This document shows positions 30,122 to 38,249 of a stretch of 62,168 nt of DNA, in pieces (within the stretch, counting starts at the first letter, position 1; every line of letters begins with the position of its first letter). Location of the stretch: the IMG/VR virus record IMGVR_UViG_3300042887_001901, positions 1-62,168 of that record; one strand, written 5' to 3'. Below the pieces are notes generated by a model. The model made no database searches and was not told the origin of the DNA. It saw only the letters and a program-made list of their open reading frames with translations. Position numbers and translations under genes: made by a program. The DNA comes from a virus (lineage: Duplodnaviria; Caudoviricetes).

Positions 30122-30593
30122 AAAATTATTTGCCCAATTATTACTTGATGAGATGGCTGTTAATGATGACATCTATCTTATTACAGGAGACTTAGGATAT
30201 GGTTTGTGGGATAAAATTAGAGATACCTTTCCAGATAGATTTTTCAATGTAGGTTCATCTGAGATGGCTATGATGGGTATGGGAGTTGGATTAGCGATGG
30301 AGGGTAAAATTCCTTTCGTATATTCAATTACACCGTTTGCTATTTATAGACCATTTGAAATGATTCGTAATTATTTAGATCATGAAAAAATACCTGTAAA
30401 TATTATTGGTGGAGGTCGAGATCAAGATTATGGTTACTTAGGTTTCTCACATTGGTCCGAAGATGATAAGAAATTTATGACTCAATTTAATAATATTGCT
30501 AACGCCTGGCCTGAAAATGAAGATCATTTACAAAAATGTATGGACTACTGCTTGGAAAAAGTAGGTCCAGTATATATAAACTTAAAACGATAA
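30114..30593 (+). CDS. Transketolase-like pyrimidine-binding subunit
   Basis: TGDLG, RFFNVGSSE, GLAMEG, RPFEMIR, SHW. Confidence 0.88.
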   Translation: MTRKLFAQLLLDEMAVNDDIYLITGDLGYGLWDKIRDTFPDRFFNVGSSEMAMMGMGVGLAMEGKIPFVYSITPFAIYRPFEMIRNYLDHEKIPVNIIGGGRDQDYGYLGFSHWSEDDKKFMTQFNNIANAWPENEDHLQKCMDYCLEKVGPVYINLKR

Positions 30594-31363
30594 TGAGAAT
30601 ATTAATTACAGGAGCAAATGGCTATATAGGTAAATCATTACATACTGCTTTAAAAGATAAGTATGATGTAACAGCAATTACTAGAAATGGTTTTGATTTA
30701 ACGGATGCTGTTGCTATGTTTAAATTTTTCCAAAGTAGACAAAACTTTGATTTAGTATTACATTGTGCTGTAGCAGGTGCTGCTAATCCAAGAGATACTA
30801 ATTGGAATATTGCAGATACTAATTTAATAATATATTATAATTTATTACAACATAAAAATCATTTTGCTAAATTAATACACTTTGGATCTGGAGCTGAAAC
30901 CCACCTTCCAGATACGCCTTATGGGTATAGCAAAAAGGTTATTGCTAAGTCTATCCTAAATCAAGATAACTTTTATAACATTAAAATATTTGGTATATTT
31001 GATGAAAATGAATTAGATACTAGATTTATTAAGGCTAGCTTAAAACGATATATAGCTAAAGAACCAATTCAAATTCATCAAGATAAAGTAATGGATTTCT
31101 TCTACATGCAAGACTTAGTTAATGTACTAGAATATTATATGAGTGAAGAAAATCCACCTAAAGAATTTGATTGTGCTTATAATGAATTTTATTCATTAAA
31201 AAATATAGCAGACATTATTAATACTTTAGATGAATATAAGGTTGAAATTAATATTGAAAAAGAAGGTAGGGCTATGTATAAATCTAATTATCGTAGTGTA
31301 TTACCAATTGATTTAATTGGGTTAGAACAAGGAATTAAAAACGTATATGATAAGTTGAAATGA
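30593..31363 (+). CDS. NAD-dependent epimerase/reductase
   Basis: MRILITGANGYIG, GSGAE, YGYSK; start moved to 30593. Confidence 0.85.
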   Translation: MRILITGANGYIGKSLHTALKDKYDVTAITRNGFDLTDAVAMFKFFQSRQNFDLVLHCAVAGAANPRDTNWNIADTNLIIYYNLLQHKNHFAKLIHFGSGAETHLPDTPYGYSKKVIAKSILNQDNFYNIKIFGIFDENELDTRFIKASLKRYIAKEPIQIHQDKVMDFFYMQDLVNVLEYYMSEENPPKEFDCAYNEFYSLKNIADIINTLDEYKVEINIEKEGRAMYKSNYRSVLPIDLIGLEQGIKNVYDKLK

Positions 31364-32244
31364 ATATAAAAATAAAAATACATTATATGCCTTGGGAAGT
31401 AGACTATGCTCTACTTCAATTTATGCAACTTAAAAAAGCATCACAGCATTTGAGTGATGATATTTACTTTCATATTGGTTTAAATTTATCATCTCATATT
31501 ATTAATTGGAACGAATCTAAATTACCTAAAGAATATTTCATTAATAAGTTTAATGCTAATCTTAAGATGTTAGATTGGGCTAAAGATGTAAATGTTACTA
31601 TATATGAGGGAGATGAGTTATGGGGTCATTTAGATTTAGAAAAAACACAAATGGATCCTAAAATTGATTATTACATGTCAATTTGCCCTGATATGTGGTT
31701 CCATGAATATGCTTTATTCTATATTATAGAGGCAGCTAAACAAATTAAAGACAAACATTTCATTATTACCCCAGAAATTCATAAATTATGGGACTGGACG
31801 TGGGATGAATTGGTAAATGATAATTATCAAAATGTATCTTACAGTGATTGGAATAAATCAGATATATTTGAAATACAATCTAGAGCATTAGGTGAACCAT
31901 ACTTACAATTAACATCACGCTTTAAATATGCTGGTTGGTTTGATTTGTATAGTAAAGATTTTATGGAATTAATTCCAATACCTGATGACTGGAAAGGATA
32001 CGGCCCTTGGGATTACTATAGTATGCTAGTTTCAGATATAGCTGTTAAAAATGGTATTGATATTAAAGAATATGTTTTAAAAAACCAAATCATATTTGAA
32101 TATCATCCAAATAAAGAAGATAAAAGTAATTTTGCAGATTATTATAAAGACTTACTTTCACTAAATAAAATAGAAAATCAAAGACAAGTTGTAGAATCAA
32201 AATTCTCTCATTATATTGAACAATGGACAAACAAAAACTTATGA
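31360..32244 (+). CDS. Putative glycosyltransferase
   Basis: CPDMWF, GWFDL, GYGPWD; genomic context. Confidence 0.5.
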   Translation: MNIKIKIHYMPWEVDYALLQFMQLKKASQHLSDDIYFHIGLNLSSHIINWNESKLPKEYFINKFNANLKMLDWAKDVNVTIYEGDELWGHLDLEKTQMDPKIDYYMSICPDMWFHEYALFYIIEAAKQIKDKHFIITPEIHKLWDWTWDELVNDNYQNVSYSDWNKSDIFEIQSRALGEPYLQLTSRFKYAGWFDLYSKDFMELIPIPDDWKGYGPWDYYSMLVSDIAVKNGIDIKEYVLKNQIIFEYHPNKEDKSNFADYYKDLLSLNKIENQRQVVESKFSHYIEQWTNKNL

Positions 32245-33164
32245 AAAAATTTATAGTAACAACAACAATTAATCATCCTACAGAAGCAACTCTTAAATTT
32301 ATTGAAATTGCTAAACGTGATAATTGGCACTTTGTAGTAGTAGGTGATACTAAAACACCACACGCTGAATATGAAAGATTAGACTGTATTTACTTACATC
32401 CAAATAATCAAGAATTGACGTATCCTAAATTAAGTAAGATTATTGGTTGGAAAACAATTCAACGTCGTAATATTGGATTCGTTTATGCTTATGAACATGG
32501 AGCTGATGTAGTAGCTACAGTTGATGATGATAATATTCCTTATGATAATTGGGGAACTGATTTATATGTTGGTAAGGAAGTAGAAGTAGATTATTACACT
32601 AACAAAGAACTTTTAGTATTTGATCCATTATCTGTAACTAATCAATCTAACTTATGGCATAGAGGATTCCCAATCGATTTATTGCCTTACAAAAATCTTA
32701 TTGAATATAAAGGTAAAAAGAAAATTACACCATTAATTCAAGCAGATTTATGGGATGGTGATCCTGATATTGATGCAATGTGTAGATTATCATTTAAACC
32801 AATTGTTAAATTCGATACTACATCTCCATTTGCTGCAGCTGAAATATCTCCATTCAACTCTCAAAATACATTCATTCATAGAGATGCTTTAAAGCATTAT
32901 GCAGTATGGCCTTATGTAGGTAGAATGGATGACATTTGGGGTGGTTATTATGCTCAAAAGATGATTGGTGATGATAAATTAATTTATAATAGAGCATCTG
33001 TTTATCAAGATAGAAATGTTCAAGATTTAATTACCAATTTAGAAAAAGAAATTATTGGATATAGACACACATTAGACTTTACTAAATTTCCAAACATCAC
33101 TAGTGATTATATTCCAGCAAAAACTAAAGAATTCTTAGACATTTATTTTAATAGTTTTAAATAA
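32241..33164 (+). CDS. STELLO/DUF288 (GT75-related) glycosyltransferase-like protein
   Basis: VTTTIN, VGDTKTP, RRNIG, VDDDN, RGFP, DPDIDA, NSQNT, RMDDIW. Confidence 0.8.
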   Translation: MKKFIVTTTINHPTEATLKFIEIAKRDNWHFVVVGDTKTPHAEYERLDCIYLHPNNQELTYPKLSKIIGWKTIQRRNIGFVYAYEHGADVVATVDDDNIPYDNWGTDLYVGKEVEVDYYTNKELLVFDPLSVTNQSNLWHRGFPIDLLPYKNLIEYKGKKKITPLIQADLWDGDPDIDAMCRLSFKPIVKFDTTSPFAAAEISPFNSQNTFIHRDALKHYAVWPYVGRMDDIWGGYYAQKMIGDDKLIYNRASVYQDRNVQDLITNLEKEIIGYRHTLDFTKFPNITSDYIPAKTKEFLDIYFNSFK

Positions 33165-34033
33165 TGAAAATATCAGCAGTTATAGTATCCCGAAATGATG
33201 GATACGGAGGACATTTAAACGAAAGAGCAACATATTGCTTTAATTCAGCAATTGATACTTACGATGAAGTAATTTATGTAGACTGGAACTCAGAAACTCA
33301 TAGCTTACTTTATGATATTAAGGATAATATCAATTTTAAGGGTAACTTTAAGCATATCGTTATTACACCTGAAGTAGCCTCGTTATTAACTAACAACGAC
33401 CCATACGCTCAAAAATGTTGTGAGGTGTTAGGACGTAACATTGGATTAAGACGTGCTACAGGAGATTATTTAGTATCAACTAATATTGATATTATTCATC
33501 CAAAACGTGATCAATTAGAAGAAACAATCGCTCAATTAGACCCTAAAACATTCTATACCATTAGTAGAAGACATGCTGATTGGAATATGATTAAGGAATT
33601 TCATAATGGTGAAATACCATTTGCAGAATGGAAACCATTAAGAGAACATTTAATTGCCACTTCAGAAGAACGTCACTTTGAGGAAACAACTGTAAGTGGA
33701 GACAATTATAGTATTATTAATTGCTGTGGTGATTATCAAATTGCATCACGTGAGGTATGGAACACAATTCGTGGATTTGAAGAAGAATTAATATACGCTT
33801 TATTCGCTGATACTAATGTTCAAAAGAAAGCATTAATGCATGGGCTTGGATTAAAAGCAATATATAACCCAGCATTATTCCATATTGAACACGGCAAGGG
33901 TGGTGGTGGATTCTTAGATGGTATTAATAAGAAAACAAATGACCAATACAGAGCGGTAATATATCAACAACAAACAGAAAATACTGAGTCATGGGGATTT
34001 GGAGATACTGAAATTGAATTTGAAATATTCTAA
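33164..34033 (+). CDS. GT2-like glycosyltransferase
   Basis: SRNDGYGG, VDWNS, RNIGLRRA, TNIDII, GDYQ, GFEE. Confidence 0.75.
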   Translation: MKISAVIVSRNDGYGGHLNERATYCFNSAIDTYDEVIYVDWNSETHSLLYDIKDNINFKGNFKHIVITPEVASLLTNNDPYAQKCCEVLGRNIGLRRATGDYLVSTNIDIIHPKRDQLEETIAQLDPKTFYTISRRHADWNMIKEFHNGEIPFAEWKPLREHLIATSEERHFEETTVSGDNYSIINCCGDYQIASREVWNTIRGFEEELIYALFADTNVQKKALMHGLGLKAIYNPALFHIEHGKGGGGFLDGINKKTNDQYRAVIYQQQTENTESWGFGDTEIEFEIF

Positions 34034-34064
34034 AAAGGATATTATATTTATTAAAAATTAGTTT

Positions 34065-34607
34065 ATGTCAAGAGAGCGCCGTTCTAAATTAGACCCGTTA
34101 AGTCGAATCATAACATTAGGCGACATTGACCCTATCACAGTTAATGAGGTTATCCAAGATATATACGAGATTAATGCTGAAGACGCTAAAAGGCAAATAG
34201 TAGAACCTATAAAACTAATTATTAACTCATTTGGAGGAGAGGTGTACAGTGGGCTTGCTTTAATTGATGTAATTGATAATTCACAGACTCCTATCCATAC
34301 TATATGTCACGGTACTGCAATGTCAATGGGATTAATTGTATATGCTGCGGGACATATTAGACAAGCAAGTAAATATTCTACATTTATGTATCATGAAGCG
34401 CTATATGAACTTGATGGTAAAGTAGCATTTCATAAACAAGAATTAAAAGAAACAGAACGTGTTGATAAAATATGTGATGCCTATTTAATATCTAAAACTA
34501 AACTCACTGATAAAATATTAAAACCACATAGAGATAAACAAGCTGAATGGTATTTCGATGTTAAAACAGCCCAAAGATATGGTTTAGTTGATAGTATTCT
34601 AGAATAG
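34065..34607 (+). CDS. clpP: ClpP-family protease
   Basis: INSFGGEV, AMSMG (catalytic Ser), FMYHE (His), YGLVDSI. Confidence 0.88.
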   Translation: MSRERRSKLDPLSRIITLGDIDPITVNEVIQDIYEINAEDAKRQIVEPIKLIINSFGGEVYSGLALIDVIDNSQTPIHTICHGTAMSMGLIVYAAGHIRQASKYSTFMYHEALYELDGKVAFHKQELKETERVDKICDAYLISKTKLTDKILKPHRDKQAEWYFDVKTAQRYGLVDSILE

Positions 34608-34635
34608 TTCACATATTTATATATAAACATAGACC

Positions 34636-34959
34636 ATGGCTGAAATGCAACCAAAACTTAAAGTAGACGTAAACCATAACCCAACTAAAAAGGGTATTAA
34701 GGTTCAATTTATATTACCTCAAGCAATTGAAGGTGATGCTAAAGCTACTATGGTTCAGAAATTACAATCTAAATTAAATGCTGGTTTGGCTCAATACCAA
34801 ATGACAGCAAATACTGATACTGATGTTCCTTATGCTAACGTAATTGGGTTCTTAATTAGTATTCAAGATGTAAGATTGTTAATCAAAAACGCTCTTAAAG
34901 GAGCACCTGCAGCACCTGCTGCTCCCGCAGAATTACCTCCTGCAGAACCAAACATTTAA
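34636..34959 (+). CDS. Hypothetical protein with Pro/Ala tail
   Basis: ORF track; preceded by an ATATTTAT box. Confidence 0.65.
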   Translation: MAEMQPKLKVDVNHNPTKKGIKVQFILPQAIEGDAKATMVQKLQSKLNAGLAQYQMTANTDTDVPYANVIGFLISIQDVRLLIKNALKGAPAAPAAPAELPPAEPNI

Positions 34960-34961
34960 CT

Positions 34962-35261
34962 ATGAAAAGACAAATACCAGTGTTTAGAGTTCACGTTCAA
35001 CCTGGTGCTGACTATAACCAACTACATGAAATACCTGAAGTTAAAGAGGTAGTGATTGAAGAGGTTATCGTTGCAGTTAGAGATGCAATCAAAAGAAAAA
35101 AATCAAGCATAGAATTGTTTGAAGTAGCAAATTCAGATTATTATCTTCAATTAAATAAAGATAAATTCAAACCATCTCTTGAAGCAGCAATCGAATACTT
35201 CGTTGAAAAAGAAGAATACGATAGATGTATTGAATGTAGAGATTTGATAAATAAATTGTAG
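34962..35261 (+). CDS. Hypothetical protein with C-terminal UVR-like motif
   Basis: LEAAIEYFVEKEEYDRCIECRDLINKL; paralogous to 37923..38249. Confidence 0.65.
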   Translation: MKRQIPVFRVHVQPGADYNQLHEIPEVKEVVIEEVIVAVRDAIKRKKSSIELFEVANSDYYLQLNKDKFKPSLEAAIEYFVEKEEYDRCIECRDLINKL

Positions 35262-35263
35262 TT

Positions 35264-35689
35264 ATGGAAAAAGGAGAACAACATGCTCAAGGAGTTAAAA
35301 CAACACTTGAGACGATGATTGGTACAGATTTATCCCTCAAACGTAAGAAAAAAAGCGAACACGACTTAAACAAAGAACTGTTTGAAAAGATTATTATTGC
35401 TTTAGAAAGAACAAACATAAGAACTGCTTTAATAGGTACTGAATTTGATGTTGATTTAAGCAAGTATGATGAAACTTTCTATGAAGTAATAGACAATCTA
35501 ATGCTAATGCAGTTTGGAAAGCAAGCAGCCGAAGTAATATTCTTTTATGTTTATGAAAGAATGAATCCAGATGGAACAATCAATGAACTGAGAGATGTAA
35601 ATGACAATCCTATAATACTAAATAGTCCATCTGAATTATGGGATTTAATAAATGTTATAAGAAATGCCAGCAGCAAAACCACTAAGTAA
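35264..35689 (+). CDS. Hypothetical protein
   Basis: ORF track, operon packing. Confidence 0.7.
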   Translation: MEKGEQHAQGVKTTLETMIGTDLSLKRKKKSEHDLNKELFEKIIIALERTNIRTALIGTEFDVDLSKYDETFYEVIDNLMLMQFGKQAAEVIFFYVYERMNPDGTINELRDVNDNPIILNSPSELWDLINVIRNASSKTTK

Positions 35690-36254
35690 AGAAGATATAC
35701 TACGTGCAATGCGATTTACAAAATCAAATCGTGCTGCAGCTCGCTATTTAGGTTGTTCATACCAACACTATAAACCGTATGCTAAACTTCATACTAATGA
35801 TGAAGGTATAAGTTTATTTGATGCTCATCTAAATCAAAGTGGTAAAGGTATTCCTAAGTTCCTACCTAATAGACGTAAGGAACCAAACGTTAAAATTATA
35901 GTTGAAACAGGTACTGGTTGGGAATCATTTACACCTGAAAAAATTAAATCAAGGTTAATCGCTGAAGGTTATTTAAAAGAAGAATGTTATAATTGTAGCT
36001 TCTGTGAACGTAGAGTTACAGATTATAAAATGCCATTATTACTTAATTTTAAAGATGGTAATAAAAATAACTATCTATTAGATAACCTTGAATTGTTATG
36101 TTATAATGACTACTTTTTATTAGTAGCAGACCCATTAACACCAGACCAAGTTCGCCACATTGAAGACAATACTCAAGTATTAGCGGTGCAACATAACTGG
36201 GACATGGATGAAGCTCATATGGAAAACATGCGAGCATTAGGATTGTTGGATTAG
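35664..36254 (+). CDS. HTH + degenerate HNH-like domain protein
   Basis: SNRAAARYLGCSY (HTH); CYNC...LNFKDGNKNNYLLDNLELLCYND (HNH-like, lacking His). Confidence 0.7.
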   Translation: MPAAKPLSKEDILRAMRFTKSNRAAARYLGCSYQHYKPYAKLHTNDEGISLFDAHLNQSGKGIPKFLPNRRKEPNVKIIVETGTGWESFTPEKIKSRLIAEGYLKEECYNCSFCERRVTDYKMPLLLNFKDGNKNNYLLDNLELLCYNDYFLLVADPLTPDQVRHIEDNTQVLAVQHNWDMDEAHMENMRALGLLD

Positions 36255-36280
36255 GCAAAATCCAGTCGTACATTCACGAT
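36250..36280 (+). promoter_or_regulatory. GGCA-box promoter
   Basis: AGGCA-N9-CGTACATTCACG. Confidence 0.65.
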
Positions 36281-36298
36281 ATAAATAAACAATAAAAT

Positions 36299-36562
36299 AT
36301 GAGTTACGAATTAGCACAGAAATATGCTGAGTTTAAATCACCAGACGTTAGCGGGTATTCAAAAGCATTCCTTAAAATGATGTTATTTGCCCAAGAAGTT
36401 AAATTAACTAACAGTGATATTGACTTCTATATGAATCAAAAACCAATGAGACAAGATGATGAAACATCTGAAGAATTAAAGTCTAGATCTAAATTCTCAA
36501 AAGTATTATACAAGTATAGACCATTTCTATACGATTATTCAGTATTTGAAAAACAAAATTAA
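36299..36562 (+). CDS. Hypothetical protein
   Basis: ORF track. Confidence 0.65.
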   Translation: MSYELAQKYAEFKSPDVSGYSKAFLKMMLFAQEVKLTNSDIDFYMNQKPMRQDDETSEELKSRSKFSKVLYKYRPFLYDYSVFEKQN

Positions 36563-36568
36563 TAAAAC

Positions 36569-36781
36569 ATGTCACAATATTTCCAAGTAAAAGTACAGTT
36601 TGTCAACGAAGACAACAAAAAGCAAAGTGTTGCATATTTAGTCGATGCAATGTCAGTTACAGAAGCGGAAGCTAAAACAATTGAATATTTAACTAATGAA
36701 GGTGAACAAACCTTTGAAGTTAAAGCAGCTAGTGAATCTAAAATAGCTCATGTAATTTCATCGCCAGAAGTAACAGAATAA
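36569..36781 (+). CDS. DUF4494-like protein
   Basis: YFQVKV...YLVDAMSVTEAEA...FEVKA, a Bacteroidota family pattern. Confidence 0.7.
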   Translation: MSQYFQVKVQFVNEDNKKQSVAYLVDAMSVTEAEAKTIEYLTNEGEQTFEVKAASESKIAHVISSPEVTE

Positions 36782-36785
36782 AAAT

Positions 36786-37116
36786 GCAACTGCCTACCGC
36801 GGGTATAACCATCGCATGACGAGGAGGCGACTTTGAAAAATAGTGGGTAGTTGTTATAATATTAAAGTGTATCCTTTAACTGTAGGAAGGGCGGATACAC
36901 TAGGTTGATTGGGATAAGCATTTATTGCATAAATCGGTTAGAAAAGCCAATTGTAAAAGTAGATGTCCACGCACCCATCTTCTACTTTCCTAAACTTAAA
37001 GACGTTGGCTGCCAAAACGTCTCTAATATAAGCAGAACCATTAGAAACGATATCTAATTCTAATGGTTAGTGGTAGATGAGTATTGATGACTGCAGCCTC
37101 TAATACTCACACCACT
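36786..37116 (+). ncRNA. Array of back-to-back structured RNA elements
   Basis: Six adjacent helices/multibranch folds with no ORF, directly upstream of tRNA-Ser. Confidence 0.6.
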
Positions 37117-37121
37117 GTAAT

Positions 37122-37206
37122 GGAAAGCTGGCAGAGTGGTTGAATGCACCGGTCTTGAAAACCGGCAACTGTAACAGGTTCTGAGGTTCGAATCCTTGGC
37201 TTTCCG
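37122..37206 (+). tRNA. tRNA-Ser(UGA)
   Basis: GGAAAGC/GCTTTCC acceptor stem, CCGGT-CTTGAAA-ACCGG anticodon arm, variable arm, GGTTCGAATCC, G73; CCA not encoded. Confidence 0.93.
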
Positions 37207-37220
37207 CAAAATTATATTAT

Positions 37221-37445
37221 ATGTTATTAGGTTATTACATTATTTGTGTTATTTACTGTTTCTATCAGTTAAATAAAAAATATAAAACAAGAGGTATTGA
37301 TTATGGTATATCACCAGAAATGGATGCTATAATGGTATTAGTTATGGCTTGGGTATTAGCCCCAGTTGACGTATCTATTACTTGGATTAAAATGGTTAAA
37401 GAAGCTGAAGAGGCTAAGCGTAGAAATAGTAATAGATGGATTTAA
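37221..37445 (+). CDS. Small membrane protein
   Basis: Two hydrophobic segments. Confidence 0.6.
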   Translation: MLLGYYIICVIYCFYQLNKKYKTRGIDYGISPEMDAIMVLVMAWVLAPVDVSITWIKMVKEAEEAKRRNSNRWI

Positions 37446-37448
37446 CAA

Positions 37449-37604
37449 TGTAGGGTGGCGGAAATGACGGCAGTCAAGGTAGACGTGCCCTCTCGTCTAG
37501 AGGGTGCTGATAAGAGATAGATATAAGATATGGGTTGACCACAAAGCCGGCTTAGTTGTCTTATATTGAATCGCAGCGTGCTGGTTCGACTCCAGCCCCT
37601 ACAG
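37449..37604 (+). ncRNA. Aberrant tRNA-like RNA (156 nt; 75-nt variable arm; nominal GUC anticodon)
   Basis: TGTAGGG/CCCTACA acceptor stem, Leu/Ser-type D region, CCCTC-TCGTCTA-GAGGG arm, GCTGG-TTCGACT-CCAGC T arm. Confidence 0.8.
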
Positions 37605-37606
37605 CA

Positions 37607-37907
37607 AGTTGCTGTTCTTTAACATATAGGAGAAATAAATTATGGAAATACTATCATTCGTTTTAGGGGTAGCATTTGTAGTGGTTATTGCTGTTGCAAT
37701 AGTTGCTGTTTATGCTTTCGTTAAGGTAAGACAAGTAAAACAAGAACTACAAAGTACTCAATTAACATTGAGTAGTGAAATTGAAAATGTGTATCGAGTA
37801 ATACATGATGAAAAAATGAATATGTATTCATCAATCGACTCACGTTTGGACAAATTAGAATCTAAATTAACTAATAAAAAATAAAAATTAGTTAAAGAAC
37901 AGCAACT
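37607..37907. repeat. Long-range inverted repeat enclosing ORF 37642..37884 (arms 37607-37623 and 37891-37907)
   Basis: AGTTGCTGTTCTTTAAC ... GTTAAAGAACAGCAACT, perfect 17 bp. Confidence 0.9.
37642..37884 (+). CDS. Single-pass membrane protein with coiled coil
   Basis: N-terminal TM helix, C-terminal IDSRLDKLE; AGGAG upstream. Confidence 0.75.
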   Translation: MEILSFVLGVAFVVVIAVAIVAVYAFVKVRQVKQELQSTQLTLSSEIENVYRVIHDEKMNMYSSIDSRLDKLESKLTNKK

Positions 37908-37922
37908 AAAATATTTATCGTT

Positions 37923-38249
37923 ATGGCGTGTCATTGTTTAACATTAAAGGATCAACGTGAATTCTTTCGATTAATGAAAGAAAGGGATAGCGATTTGATA
38001 CTTAAAATGGTTAAATGTGTACTTAGTGCATATAAGCGAAATAAAGACGGAATTGATATATTTGATATCACATTCAAAGATATGAGTGGCATGGTATTTA
38101 ATATTGAAAAATCGCAGTACACTGATTTATTATCCAATTGTTTAAATGATTTAATTGCAATTGAAGAATATGAACTATGTGCTGATATTAAGAAAATATT
38201 AGATAAGAAATCACGTAAAAAACATGGGGATGCCCTGGAATTGATTTAA
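37923..38249 (+). CDS. Hypothetical protein with UVR-like motif
   Basis: CLNDLIAIEEYELCADIKKIL; 3' end overlaps the tmRNA. Confidence 0.7.
   Translation: MACHCLTLKDQREFFRLMKERDSDLILKMVKCVLSAYKRNKDGIDIFDITFKDMSGMVFNIEKSQYTDLLSNCLNDLIAIEEYELCADIKKILDKKSRKKHGDALELI

Noticed and set aside
36786-37116. Possible CRISPR array
   Set aside because: The hairpins share no repeated sequence and have no regular spacing; no cas genes are present
37488-37504. Amber suppressor (CUA) tRNA or stop-codon recoding
   Set aside because: CTA is not centred in the loop, and conserved genes translate intact in code 11 with TAG and TGA used as stops
37207-37640. Theta/HDV-like ribozymes at tRNA 3' ends
   Set aside because: The sequences following both tRNA elements lack the nested double-pseudoknot pattern
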